62,884 nucleotides of DNA from a virus (lineage: Duplodnaviria; Caudoviricetes), in the IMG/VR virus record IMGVR_UViG_3300017989_000120, positions 1 to 62,884 of that record; one strand, written 5' to 3'. A model generated the notes under the pieces. It was given only the letters and a program-made list of their open reading frames with translations. It was not told where the DNA came from and searched no databases. Both the position numbers and the translations under genes were made by a program. The stretch's first letter is position 1. Each line of letters opens with the position of its first letter. Positions 1-9,891 of this stretch are shown piece after piece.

Positions 1-16
1 AAGATAAAAGAAGAAA

Positions 17-1531
17 ATGCCGAGTCTGAACATAAAAGCTTTAAACGCTGGAGATACCCAGGAGTCTATCAGAGAAAAGGTAAACTCAAACTTCGACTCA
101 ATTGTAGCAGCTGGTGGAGGTCCACAAGGACAACAGGGTGAGCAAGGAGAGCAAGGCCCGATTGGACCAGCGGGTCCTAAAGGAAATCCCGGTCAAGAAG
201 GCTTGAGAGGAACTAAATGGTTTGTACAGGGCTCTGAACCTCTTGGAGGTCCGAGCAATCCTATTAGAATCGGCGATTATTGGGTTCAAACTCTTCTTAA
301 TAACTCCATCTATGAATATACAGATTTGGGCTGGGTTGATACCGGTCAAAATTTAAAAGCATCTGAGGTTTTTGAGATCGTAGCTGGCATCTCTGGACCT
401 ACTGGGGGTAAGGATGCTATCGTTATCAGTAGTCCCTTCCCAGAGCTTAATACACTAGTGATTAGTGATTCTGCAGCTGCAACTTCTACTGTAAATCCCA
501 CTTATGCTAAGTTTCTGATTTCATCGAATGGAAGCAATGATTACCCCATCATGGAATTTTCGAAAACCAATGTTGGTGGAATCGGAACCCCAGCTGACTA
601 TAACAGACACCCTCAATTTAGGTGGCTAGATCCTGCTGGAAGTAATTACAATTTGCTTTTTTCTGTACCACAGGATGATTTTTCTGTAATATCCGGAGGA
701 AGCATGCTTCTGCAATCCACTTCATCGACTTTAAATATTTCAGGTAATGGCGGATTGAATATTACATCTGGTGATAAAATGACTTTTACCTCAACTGGTG
801 CAATGTCATTTTCGTCTGGATTATCTTTAATGACTTTTGCTTCCCAGAAATTTAACTTAACCAGTTCACTTTTGGCCCTTAATGTTCCCATGACAATAAG
901 TGGGGTGACAAGTCAGTCTCCCTTGCTTAGCTTATTGAGTAATGGTAGCGGGGATACTTTAAAAGTTCAATCATCTTCAACTTCGTCTTCCTTTTATTTA
1001 CTAAGACTGTTAAGCGGTGGAACTGAAAGGTTTAGTGTTAGAAATGATGGTAAAGTAACATTCCAAAGACAAGTTAATGCGACTAATACAAATACTAGCA
1101 GTACAGCTTCGGACACTCGAACTTTAACATCCTCATTAGGTGGAACAAAAGCTTGTGATCTCTGGATACATGGTCCAATATCTGGGACTCAATCAGGTTT
1201 CACAGTGTATGCATTTGGACCTGGAAACAATATTTATGCAGACTGGACCACTTCAAACGAGAGAGTAATTAATGTAAATAATGCTAGCGGCTCAAACCCT
1301 ACAAGTTGGAGAGAATATCTTTCTAATAATGAATCTATTACCCTAAATTACTACGCTGCCAGTGGAAAGCCCATCGACGGTATAGCATTTTTTACTGGAG
1401 GCCCTCCATCTTTATTTACTGAATTTTTGACACCGGCTAGCCGGGTGGAGGTTACACACATGAAGGTCGGTTCAACATATAAATGTTACTATTCAACATG
1501 TGCTGGTGAATGTGGTACATTAATAGTCTAA
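17..1531 (+). CDS. Collagen-repeat tail fibre-like structural protein
   Basis: G-X-Y repeats (GPQGQQGEQGEQGPIGPAGPKGNPG), then a WF..GDYW block and a long S/T/G-rich beta region; paralog of the next ORF. Confidence 0.65.
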   Translation: MPSLNIKALNAGDTQESIREKVNSNFDSIVAAGGGPQGQQGEQGEQGPIGPAGPKGNPGQEGLRGTKWFVQGSEPLGGPSNPIRIGDYWVQTLLNNSIYEYTDLGWVDTGQNLKASEVFEIVAGISGPTGGKDAIVISSPFPELNTLVISDSAAATSTVNPTYAKFLISSNGSNDYPIMEFSKTNVGGIGTPADYNRHPQFRWLDPAGSNYNLLFSVPQDDFSVISGGSMLLQSTSSTLNISGNGGLNITSGDKMTFTSTGAMSFSSGLSLMTFASQKFNLTSSLLALNVPMTISGVTSQSPLLSLLSNGSGDTLKVQSSSTSSSFYLLRLLSGGTERFSVRNDGKVTFQRQVNATNTNTSSTASDTRTLTSSLGGTKACDLWIHGPISGTQSGFTVYAFGPGNNIYADWTTSNERVINVNNASGSNPTSWREYLSNNESITLNYYAASGKPIDGIAFFTGGPPSLFTEFLTPASRVEVTHMKVGSTYKCYYSTCAGECGTLIV

Positions 1532-1539
1532 TATAGGAG

Positions 1540-3123
1540 ATGGCAGACTTTAATACAAAATACATATTACCAGGAGATGATAAAGATACCATCATCAATA
1601 AGATAAATCACAATTTCTATCAGGTATTTTTTAATGGAGTTGGCGAGAAGGGTCCTGTTGGTAATGTGGGGCCTACAGGGATTAGAGGACAAGCTGGTAG
1701 GGACGGCATACCAGGAGCTACTGGAGAAAGAGCTGCCGAATGGTTTTTCTCTTCTACCGAGCCCCTGGATTCTGTTTCACAGGACGGCGATATCTGGATT
1801 AATATAGGGATAACTGGTGGCCAACAAGTTTATGTTTACTCCTCGGGGTCTTGGGTTTATAGCGGGCAAACGCTTTTATCCTCTGGTGTATTTTCGACAA
1901 TAACTGGTATTTCTGGCCCTGGTAATTCCACTTCAAGTAATGCCATTTATATTAATGCTAACCAAGGGGATAAAACTTTTGTGCTATCAGACTCAATTGG
2001 TGCAACAGCATCCATGAATCCTAACTTTTCTAAAGTTGTGGTTTCAACAGATGCCTCTCAAACTGCTGATTTTCCAATTTTTGGATTTGCAAAGACATTT
2101 TTGCCACAGTCTAGTGGAAATATTGTGGAAATGAAATGGGGTGAGACTGGTAGCTCTTACAACCATAGCTGGACTTTTCCGGATGAACTGAGGATGCAAA
2201 GTGGTCTTTCTTCGACATACTCTGCTACTGGAGGTACTATGAACTTAACCTCACCCAGCGAAAGCGTGGCTGGCTCTTCCCAGAGTTTTGCCAACTTCAC
2301 TGCCGCGACCGGAACTAGCGGGGCTTTTTCATTCTCTACACCTTCCGTTTTAAGTTTTACCTCTTCTTTGGTTAATTTATCTGCATCCTCCTTCTCTGTA
2401 ACACTATCAGCTCCGGGTGGGACTGGATATATTGCAGCTCCAGTAACTCCATCTGTTCCACTAGTAAGCATATCTGGATCCGGATCTGGTGTAAGTATCA
2501 GCTCTTCTTCTGATAGCTCTTCAGAGCTCATGCAGGTTTTAAATACAACTGGTCAATCTTTTATAAAATCTCGAAGGGACAATAAATTTGTGTTTGGTTC
2601 TGTTGGAGCAACTGGCCTTAAAAAAGTAAAGGGCATTACAACAACCTCCCAAAACTTTTTATCTGACGGAACAGATTCTTATGTACTCTGTGGCAACCCA
2701 ATAAACGATGTTTGTGTTATCACCCCACCACCGTCGGGTAGCCCGGTAGCTAATGGAAAGACTAATAGAGTGATGCTTTCTATGGGAACTAATTTTAGTT
2801 GGGCGACTGGATTGGTAAGCGCTGGACAAAGTAGAACATTTGATTTCTTTATGAACAGTTCCACCTATTCCTTTGGTGGAATAAGGGTGGTTCCCGAATC
2901 CGGTCTTGGATCTCCTATTAGAGTTTATATAAATGATAACGCTGCTGGTCCAACAGGATGTCAGCACATTAGAATTACTTTTTTTCCGTCGAGTGTCACT
3001 GAGAAGTTTCACTATGAAGCATTTTCTGATGGTAATTATAAATGTGGACAAATAACATACACTTTTGCAATAGCTGAAGAGATTGGCGGTGGTGGTGGGG
3101 GAGGACCTTTTATAGGATTATGA
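1540..3123 (+). CDS. Collagen-repeat tail fibre-like structural protein (paralog of 17..1531)
   Basis: Same N-terminus (GD..D.I..KIN.NF), G-X-Y repeats, WF..EP..GDIW, ISGP and NP.[YF].K blocks. Confidence 0.65.
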   Translation: MADFNTKYILPGDDKDTIINKINHNFYQVFFNGVGEKGPVGNVGPTGIRGQAGRDGIPGATGERAAEWFFSSTEPLDSVSQDGDIWINIGITGGQQVYVYSSGSWVYSGQTLLSSGVFSTITGISGPGNSTSSNAIYINANQGDKTFVLSDSIGATASMNPNFSKVVVSTDASQTADFPIFGFAKTFLPQSSGNIVEMKWGETGSSYNHSWTFPDELRMQSGLSSTYSATGGTMNLTSPSESVAGSSQSFANFTAATGTSGAFSFSTPSVLSFTSSLVNLSASSFSVTLSAPGGTGYIAAPVTPSVPLVSISGSGSGVSISSSSDSSSELMQVLNTTGQSFIKSRRDNKFVFGSVGATGLKKVKGITTTSQNFLSDGTDSYVLCGNPINDVCVITPPPSGSPVANGKTNRVMLSMGTNFSWATGLVSAGQSRTFDFFMNSSTYSFGGIRVVPESGLGSPIRVYINDNAAGPTGCQHIRITFFPSSVTEKFHYEAFSDGNYKCGQITYTFAIAEEIGGGGGGGPFIGL

Positions 3124-3160
3124 TTTTAACTTATAAAAATGTTGGATAAATATAGCTAAG

Positions 3161-3397
3161 ATGGAATTAACAAAGGAAGAAAAGGAAAAAGCCAATATGC
3201 TTAAGGATAGATTTTCTTCGGTTAGAGGAGAGATTGAATCGGTACAAGCGGAAATGGATATACTAAATACAAAGGCTGGTACTTTAATCAGGGAACTGGA
3301 GGAATTGAGAGACCAGGAATCCAAGTTTGTTGGTAACCTAAAAGAGAAATATGGTGAGGGTACGCTCGATCCATTTAAACTAACTTATATGAAATGA
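3161..3397 (+). CDS. Small coiled-coil hypothetical protein
   Basis: 78 aa heptad-rich ORF ending LKEKYGEGTLDP; GATAAATATA upstream. Confidence 0.6.
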   Translation: MELTKEEKEKANMLKDRFSSVRGEIESVQAEMDILNTKAGTLIRELEELRDQESKFVGNLKEKYGEGTLDPFKLTYMK

Positions 3398-4209
3398 CAA
3401 CAATTTTGGGTAAAATCTGGTCTGTAGTCAACAGCAAAATTGGACCTATAATAGCCATAGTGGTATTAGCTTTTCTGCTCCTAAGACAGTGCAATATATC
3501 ACAGGACGCCAAGAGAGAAGCTGAAAGAAATATGAACAACCTACTTGCAGAGCAAGATAGTGTTCGGGAGGTATCATCAAAGCTAGGTAACGTACTTGCA
3601 GAAAAGTCTGCTTTTCAGCTTAAGTATAATGAGCTTTCTGCAGAGCAGGAAGAATTGATAAAACAACTTGAGCTTGCTAAAAACAAAAAGCCAGGAGTAA
3701 TCATAGAGACCCAAGTAGTGTATAGAGATACAACTATTATGGTACCGGTAGAAAATGAAATCGGTGATAGCACAAGTTCTCTAAAATTTACGTACAATCC
3801 TACCTTACCTGGTAACAATCGTTTGGTGGTAAGTGGTAGACTACCTTACACTACCAGGGACACTGTTTATGGCGGGGTTGAAAGAACCTTAATTAATCCG
3901 GGGTCTGTTAATTTATCGATTGAACAGAGAATAGATCTTGTTACTGGTTTATATAGGGATCCGAAAACCGATAGACTTTATGTGAGAGCCTCAACAACTT
4001 TTCCTGGCATTTCTTTTAATGATATAAATGCCTTGGATATGGTTGATGATCCGGGGACACGAAAAGCTTTGAGAGGTGCTAGAAAGCCCTTTGGCATTGG
4101 AGTAAATGTAGGTTATGGGATGGTAATTACAACAAACGGTTATCAGGCTGGGCCTGTCATTGGAGTTGGTCTTCATTACTCCCCGAAATTCTTGCAGTTT
4201 GGTAAATAA
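3394..4209 (+). CDS. Membrane-anchored coiled-coil protein, possibly spanin-like
   Basis: N-terminal TM (IGPIIAIVVLAFLLL), coiled coil, C-terminal amphipathic beta strands (FGIGVNVGYG...IGVGLHY). Confidence 0.45.
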   Translation: MTTILGKIWSVVNSKIGPIIAIVVLAFLLLRQCNISQDAKREAERNMNNLLAEQDSVREVSSKLGNVLAEKSAFQLKYNELSAEQEELIKQLELAKNKKPGVIIETQVVYRDTTIMVPVENEIGDSTSSLKFTYNPTLPGNNRLVVSGRLPYTTRDTVYGGVERTLINPGSVNLSIEQRIDLVTGLYRDPKTDRLYVRASTTFPGISFNDINALDMVDDPGTRKALRGARKPFGIGVNVGYGMVITTNGYQAGPVIGVGLHYSPKFLQFGK

Positions 4210-4220
4210 AGAAAGATAAA

Positions 4221-6689
4221 ATGGCATTTTCAACAACATCAAAATTTGTTCAGCTAACTCCATATTTGGTTATGGAGTACATGTATGCTGACCAGCCAAA
4301 TCCTGAAACATATTTTGTGAACACCGGATTTCCAGCTGTCGGATTCAACAAATTAGTTAATGGTGTATTTGAGGATGAAAACGGACAACCTTCTAATGAC
4401 ATCCAAATAATGAACTTGGATCAGGATCAATCGGTTACACAAAATACTAGGAATAACAGCGTTGTCCGTACCAACCAGAACACCTTTGTTACACTGGATC
4501 CGAGTTTGATAGTTCCTTATAATGACTTCAATTCGAATCTAACTGACACTGCAAATCTACAGATCACATTTCCTTCCAATATCCAAGTTATTTATGATTC
4601 CATAAGGTATCACATTTTAGCGGGATATAATCTAGATAATGTTGATGGACTGGTGTTGCAGGTACAATACCCTGATGTTGATAGTTCATTTGTTACCTTT
4701 TCTCAGATAAAGTTATCAAAGGGATCCTCTCAAACCTATACGTTAAATCCAAATCCAGTAACCATTGGATCTAGTATTTATGACAAGTATTATGAGGTAA
4801 AAGTTCCAAGCCTTGTTGATATGAACAACAAGTATGCTGTAGCAACCGCCCCAAATAAACCAAATACATTAGCTGGACTAACTAGTAAGAGTGGTAGAGG
4901 ATATCAGACTGCTGCTCCTATTAGGATCAATGCTTACGAGATTCTAAGCACTACTACCACTAATGGTTACGATACTTATGGGGTAGATATTTTGGCATCT
5001 CTATCGCTGGAGTCTACAGATCCATTTAAGAATATTGGTGCATATATTGCTCCTTCGGACCAGGGAGATTATTTCGAATATTTCGCAACAGATAATGGCG
5101 GATTCCCGGAGGATTTTATACTTTTCCAGAATTCGATTGGAAACAGTTATTATCTAAATCACTCAATCGAAACCCTGGAGCAGGTTGGTGGTGCATTGCT
5201 AAACACATCAAACTTTAGCAACATCCAAACAACTGCTTATGACGTCCCAAATCTTTTAAGGCCCATTGTTAGATATCCGCAGGTAGCTTCTTCTTTTACC
5301 TTAAGGTACACTATGACCTTGGTAAACAATAAAGATCAATCCAGATTGATTAGGATTGCAACTTATACCTCGACGGATGTCAGTAGGTATGGTGCTAACA
5401 TTCAGCCATTGCAGCTACAGGTTTTACCCCAACAACAAAAAATTTATAATAAAGTTGCTGCGGGAGTAAGCATTTCAGTACCCGCAAATAAAAATGTACC
5501 TAAGCAGATAACAAAGTTTTCTAATGTCTTTATCGACAGAACCTTGGTAAATACAACTCTTACCAATTTAATTGTTAATGGAACGACCTTAACTGAAGAC
5601 AATTCTAATGAGACTACCGAAACTGCTGCAGTTTCATATGGTGTGGGCAAAGCTTACATTACAGTTTCACCTTTTGATAACTATTATAAGTTTACCTTTT
5701 TCCAGAAGGCAAACGATGGAACTATAAGAAACATAGATCTTTCTTCCTCCGGGGAGTATTCCATGGTTTTCATCAATAACCAAAATAGGAAAGTTAGTGC
5801 TCCTTCTATAGTTGATAATAACATTGCTAAACCTGCTAAGGGAGAGCTTGCTTTCAAGGTTGATGAAGCGCTGTCAACTCAAATATTGCAATTCACTAAC
5901 AAGAAATTCTACATTTCTAACCGGCCAATAGTTGAATCTGAAACTGAATCTAACAATGTCAAGGTTTCTAGACTAAATAAGGTTGCATCTAAACTTGCAT
6001 CAAGGTCTGTTTCTTTAAATGATTCCATAACGGAATTAAGAGCAGAAAGTGTGAGGAGATCTGAGCAACAGACATCGGTAAAAATTGATACAGCTAGAAT
6101 TTCCTCTAAATCTTCCTCTGTGCTTTATTGGGGAAATTGGATTAGCGAGGGTGAAAGTGTTCCTACACCGAATGTGATTACAAACGAGGCTCTAACTAGT
6201 TCAAGAGGTGCGCTTGATGCTCCAACTGTCATAACACAAAGAACGCCTGCTGTTGGAAAGCCATCTTGGCAAAAGTTTGGATCCACCTCTGGTAATTCAC
6301 AGGCTAACACCACGTCGACAGTAAATCCAGGCAGAGGAAATAACCAAACTACTAACTTAAGTCCTTCCCAGCTTAGAAGTGCTATTGCATCCGATGTGCA
6401 AGGAAAAATAGAACTTGGGTGGAGCACACCCGACATCCTCTCATATTTCTTAGACCCTTCTGGAACAGGATATAAGCTTTATGGTGGAATCACAAAAGAA
6501 GTTTTTGAGCAAGCAGTAGCTGGTATATTTGGCAGAGAAGATTTAGCACTACTTCTAAATTACGGAAACACCTCTTCAGGCAGAACAAACGGTGGAAGTG
6601 CATCTCAGGGGGGATCTAATAGTAATCAGACTGGAAGCGACAGCGGTAGTCCAAACAGGGGTCCTCAATTCCCAACAGGTCCTTCATAA
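4221..6689 (+). CDS. Large hypothetical protein, probably virion structural
   Basis: 822 aa N/T/S-rich beta-type ORF within the structural region; low-complexity C-terminus. Confidence 0.5.
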   Translation: MAFSTTSKFVQLTPYLVMEYMYADQPNPETYFVNTGFPAVGFNKLVNGVFEDENGQPSNDIQIMNLDQDQSVTQNTRNNSVVRTNQNTFVTLDPSLIVPYNDFNSNLTDTANLQITFPSNIQVIYDSIRYHILAGYNLDNVDGLVLQVQYPDVDSSFVTFSQIKLSKGSSQTYTLNPNPVTIGSSIYDKYYEVKVPSLVDMNNKYAVATAPNKPNTLAGLTSKSGRGYQTAAPIRINAYEILSTTTTNGYDTYGVDILASLSLESTDPFKNIGAYIAPSDQGDYFEYFATDNGGFPEDFILFQNSIGNSYYLNHSIETLEQVGGALLNTSNFSNIQTTAYDVPNLLRPIVRYPQVASSFTLRYTMTLVNNKDQSRLIRIATYTSTDVSRYGANIQPLQLQVLPQQQKIYNKVAAGVSISVPANKNVPKQITKFSNVFIDRTLVNTTLTNLIVNGTTLTEDNSNETTETAAVSYGVGKAYITVSPFDNYYKFTFFQKANDGTIRNIDLSSSGEYSMVFINNQNRKVSAPSIVDNNIAKPAKGELAFKVDEALSTQILQFTNKKFYISNRPIVESETESNNVKVSRLNKVASKLASRSVSLNDSITELRAESVRRSEQQTSVKIDTARISSKSSSVLYWGNWISEGESVPTPNVITNEALTSSRGALDAPTVITQRTPAVGKPSWQKFGSTSGNSQANTTSTVNPGRGNNQTTNLSPSQLRSAIASDVQGKIELGWSTPDILSYFLDPSGTGYKLYGGITKEVFEQAVAGIFGREDLALLLNYGNTSSGRTNGGSASQGGSNSNQTGSDSGSPNRGPQFPTGPS

Positions 6690-6707
6690 TTCATAATAGG
6701 ATTCAGT

Positions 6708-7238
6708 ATGTTCCTTCATAGAAGAGGCAAACAATTTTCCACAAGACCTTTCAAAAAGCCCACCTGGGATTTATTTAGGTTGTGGCTTAGAGATTACCTA
6801 AATGAAAACCCTAACCTAAAGTATGATATACTCTTAGTCGGTGCCTTTTGTGAGAATATTTTTGGTGAGTCTGATAAAAAATATGATACCCTGGATGTTG
6901 ATATCGCTTTATGCGGGGAGATCACAGATTTACAGAACCTGAGAAGTGGACTGATAAGTGCTTTTGAAATTGGTAAAAAATATAATTTGTTGATAGATGT
7001 TGCTTGGAGAAGCGACCTTTTGTCTTCCGTGCAGGAATCTATCGGACAGGAGAAGATAATTACTTACTTTGATGTTGAGGATATTGATGATAAAGGAGAT
7101 GGAAGGGTATATACTATGAGTGGGACAGTTACTCCTTTATCGGAAGATCTTTACCACTTCAGGGATTATGATCTTAGCTCCGCACTAAAGAAATTTAAGG
7201 AAAGAGGATATACTGTCCCGTTTAAAAAAATTGCATAA
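6708..7238 (+). CDS. Pol-beta-superfamily nucleotidyltransferase-like protein
   Basis: LLVGAF...DTLDVDIAL (hG[SA]...DxD) and a later IDV strand. Confidence 0.5.
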   Translation: MFLHRRGKQFSTRPFKKPTWDLFRLWLRDYLNENPNLKYDILLVGAFCENIFGESDKKYDTLDVDIALCGEITDLQNLRSGLISAFEIGKKYNLLIDVAWRSDLLSSVQESIGQEKIITYFDVEDIDDKGDGRVYTMSGTVTPLSEDLYHFRDYDLSSALKKFKERGYTVPFKKIA

Positions 7239-7799
7239 ATGGGTATATTAAACGCAAGAGCAAATAGTTTTTATTTTGTTTTTCCTAAGGGGTTTTTCCC
7301 GGATAAGGTTCACCAAAAATACATTGACTATCTAAAGAAGCAGCCAACCCCATATGATACACTAACCTCGTATATGAACAGTACGATCCAGAGTGTTACC
7401 TTTCCTTCGATGAACATGGATTTATCTGAACAGGTAAGGCAGCTTGGAAAAAGAGTGAATTATCAAAGTGCTACACCGGTGCAGGATCTTTTCAATAGGG
7501 AATTTCAGGTTTCTTTTAGGATAGCGGAGGGATTTGTTAATTACTTTATAATGTTAGAGACCGTGTTGGATTACTTGGATTTTAAAAATCCTGGGACTTA
7601 TATCCAAAACCTTCCTCTTAGGACTTTGGATAATGAAGGTAATATTCTAACAACTGTGATGTTCAAAGAGGTAACTCTCACTTCCTTCTCTGAGCTTAAT
7701 TTAAACTACACTCAAAATGCACCTTCCGTGTACACCTTCAATGTCGGATTCAAATGCAACTACTTGGGTCTAGATCTTGAAATTGGTAGGGAGAGGTAA
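7239..7799 (+). CDS. Tail tube / tube-completion-like protein (T4 gp19/gp3-like fold)
   Basis: QSVTFPS...FQVSFR...LRTLDNEG...F......L.Y......F.VGF.. pattern typical of tube-fold proteins; 186 aa. Confidence 0.5.
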   Translation: MGILNARANSFYFVFPKGFFPDKVHQKYIDYLKKQPTPYDTLTSYMNSTIQSVTFPSMNMDLSEQVRQLGKRVNYQSATPVQDLFNREFQVSFRIAEGFVNYFIMLETVLDYLDFKNPGTYIQNLPLRTLDNEGNILTTVMFKEVTLTSFSELNLNYTQNAPSVYTFNVGFKCNYLGLDLEIGRER

Positions 7800-7807
7800 G
7801 ATATATA
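7800..7807 (+). promoter_or_regulatory. GATATATA putative late promoter
   Basis: Octamer recurring shortly upstream of many starts; 21 nt before ATG 7829. Confidence 0.6.
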
Positions 7808-7828
7808 GAATACAAAAAATACTAAGGT

Positions 7829-8074
7829 ATGAAGAAGTTCTCAGATTTAACCAAAATTAACGAAATGAAATATGGTCAGCCAATGTACGGAGAGGATGAC
7901 CTAAAGCAACATATGAAGGATCTTTTAGTCGCTGCATCTGGTAACGACCAGAGGGTTCTAAATGATATTGTTGATTGCTTGACTGATGATCAGATGAAAA
8001 AGTGTTATGACAAGCTGATCAATGATTACAACTACACTGGAAAGAAAGGTGAGGTTGTAAAACCAACTATGTAA
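7829..8074 (+). CDS. Small hypothetical protein with CTS-like N-terminus
   Basis: MKKFSDLTKINE start. Confidence 0.6.
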   Translation: MKKFSDLTKINEMKYGQPMYGEDDLKQHMKDLLVAASGNDQRVLNDIVDCLTDDQMKKCYDKLINDYNYTGKKGEVVKPTM

Positions 8075-8121
8075 CCCACTTCTCCTTGGATAGTATCCAA
8101 GGACCGACTCATAAGAGTTTC

Positions 8122-8148
8122 AGCTCCCTGGTAATGGGGAGCTTTTTT
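8122..8148 (+). terminator. Intrinsic terminator
   Basis: AGCTCC...GGAGCT hairpin followed by a T-tract. Confidence 0.7.
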
Positions 8149-8153
8149 GTGTT

Positions 8154-8161
8154 GATATATA
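8154..8161 (+). promoter_or_regulatory. GATATATA putative promoter of the RuvC/RLP operon
   Basis: Directly after the terminator, 25 nt before TTG 8187. Confidence 0.55.
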
Positions 8162-8186
8162 ACTTGTATCTTTAAACACACAAGTT

Positions 8187-8858
8187 TTGAAAACACTAGT
8201 CGGGATAGACTTTTCCCTTAATTCACCAGCATTCTGCATTTTGAGAGATAATCAATTCACTTGGGGATCTCTGACCAGAAGTGATCGTACAGAAGATTCC
8301 TTAAAAAAGAATTCTAAAAAACCTTACTCTGTCTTATCTGAGGATAAATCCGAAGATTATGTCCTAATGTTTATGTCAAAGGATAAAATGCCAGACGACT
8401 ACTCCGAGAGAGAAAGGATAAAAATAGATTATTTCCAAGAACTTGTCGATGTGTTTTGGTCCGAGATTGAGAACCTCTGTGGTGGAGATGACATTGTGGT
8501 AGCTATGGAAGGACTCAGCTTTGCTTCGAACGGAAATGCTTTAATAGATATTTCCATGGCAACTGCTCTTCTAAGGAAAAAAATAGTGGACCACACAGGA
8601 AGTGATAATTTCTATGTGTATTCTCCCACATCTGTGAAAAAGTTTGCTTACAAGGGAAATGCAAAAAAACACGAACTCTATAATTCTTTAATAGAGCACA
8701 GATTTCCAGAAACTAATCTGAAGTCATTCACTACTATTTTAGAAGAAAACAAGGATGAATGGATAACTCCTTCTGGCAACGTAAATAAGCCACTTGACGA
8801 TATTATTGATTCAACTTGGATATGTTTGTTTTTGCATGACTCAATCAAAGAAGATTAA
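8187..8858 (+). CDS. RuvC-like Holliday junction resolvase (RNase H fold)
   Basis: VGIDFSLNSPA, AMEGLSF, YSPTSVKKFA..GNAKK, DDIIDS motifs. Confidence 0.8.
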   Translation: MKTLVGIDFSLNSPAFCILRDNQFTWGSLTRSDRTEDSLKKNSKKPYSVLSEDKSEDYVLMFMSKDKMPDDYSERERIKIDYFQELVDVFWSEIENLCGGDDIVVAMEGLSFASNGNALIDISMATALLRKKIVDHTGSDNFYVYSPTSVKKFAYKGNAKKHELYNSLIEHRFPETNLKSFTTILEENKDEWITPSGNVNKPLDDIIDSTWICLFLHDSIKED

Positions 8859-9567
8859 TATACTCATTCCTCTTGGCGGTGCTGGAAGGAGATTTACTGA
8901 AGTAGGGTATAAGCAGGTAAAGCCTTTTATAGATGTAAAAGGTGAAACTATGATTAGGTCAGTTATCAAAAACCTGAACCATAGAGATGCACACTTTATA
9001 TTTGTTGTAAATGAGGAGTATATCTCCCCTAAGGAGTTTAAGTCCCATATAGAAGATGTGGGGATTTCCTATGAAATTTTCTCAACCCCAATCTTGACTC
9101 AAGGACCTGCTTCAACAGTTCTAATTGCCAAAGAAGCTGTAAATAATGAGGTCCCTCTCATTGTTGTAAACTGTGATCAAATTATCCTGGATTTCGATTT
9201 GGATCATTTAATGAACTTTGCAAATTCAACGGGATGTGATGGATTGTTAGGATGTTTTCTTTCTTCCTCTAAGAAGAACAGCTACGTAAAACTTGATCCC
9301 AATGGTGAGGTTTGTGATGTAAAGGAGAAGATTGTTATTTCCAACATAGCTACAAATGGATTGCATTTTTGGAAGCATGGTGAATATTTTGTCTCCAGTG
9401 CAGAACAGATGATAGAATCTAATGACAGATACAACAACGAATTTTATGTTGCCCCCACCTACAATTATCTCATAAAAGATGGAAAAAAAATATTGCCTTT
9501 CTTCTATAATCTTCACTTTCCAATAGGAACCCCGGAGGACCTGGAAAGATTTTTAACGATAGTGTAA
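8836..9567 (+). CDS. Sugar-phosphate nucleotidyltransferase (GT-A, dTDP-glucose pyrophosphorylase-like)
   Basis: ILIPLGGAGRRF..GY..VKPFIDV, TQGPASTV, NCDQ, EFYVAPTYN, IGTPEDL; ATG 8836 preferred over the ORF-track start. Confidence 0.8.
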   Translation: MTQSKKINILIPLGGAGRRFTEVGYKQVKPFIDVKGETMIRSVIKNLNHRDAHFIFVVNEEYISPKEFKSHIEDVGISYEIFSTPILTQGPASTVLIAKEAVNNEVPLIVVNCDQIILDFDLDHLMNFANSTGCDGLLGCFLSSSKKNSYVKLDPNGEVCDVKEKIVISNIATNGLHFWKHGEYFVSSAEQMIESNDRYNNEFYVAPTYNYLIKDGKKILPFFYNLHFPIGTPEDLERFLTIV

Positions 9568-9891
9568 ATGGAGGTTTTTAGAATAGAAGAAATGAAAGAT
9601 GGATGGTACGCTGGTAATTTTTCCCCGTCAGCATACCAAACAGAACAATTTGAGATTTGCTACAAAAAGCATTTTAAGGGTGAAAAATGGCCAAAGCATT
9701 ATCACAAAGAGGCAGACGAAATTAATTATCTTAGATCGGGTAAAATGATAATACAAGGCAGGGAGCTGAGTGCTGGAGATATATTCATCTTGAGAAAAAA
9801 CGAAATTGCTGATCCTGTTTTTTTGGATGACTGCGAGGTCTTTATTGTAAAATCACCTTCTGTACCGGGTGATAAATTTGTGATTGAATGA
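9568..9891 (+). CDS. Cupin-domain protein
   Basis: GWYAGNFSP, HYHKEADEINY..SG cupin metal motif, KSPSVPGDK. Confidence 0.75.
   Translation: MEVFRIEEMKDGWYAGNFSPSAYQTEQFEICYKKHFKGEKWPKHYHKEADEINYLRSGKMIIQGRELSAGDIFILRKNEIADPVFLDDCEVFIVKSPSVPGDKFVIE

Noticed and set aside
110-210. Short DNA repeats at the start of the fibre gene
   Set aside because: Explained by collagen G-X-Y codons
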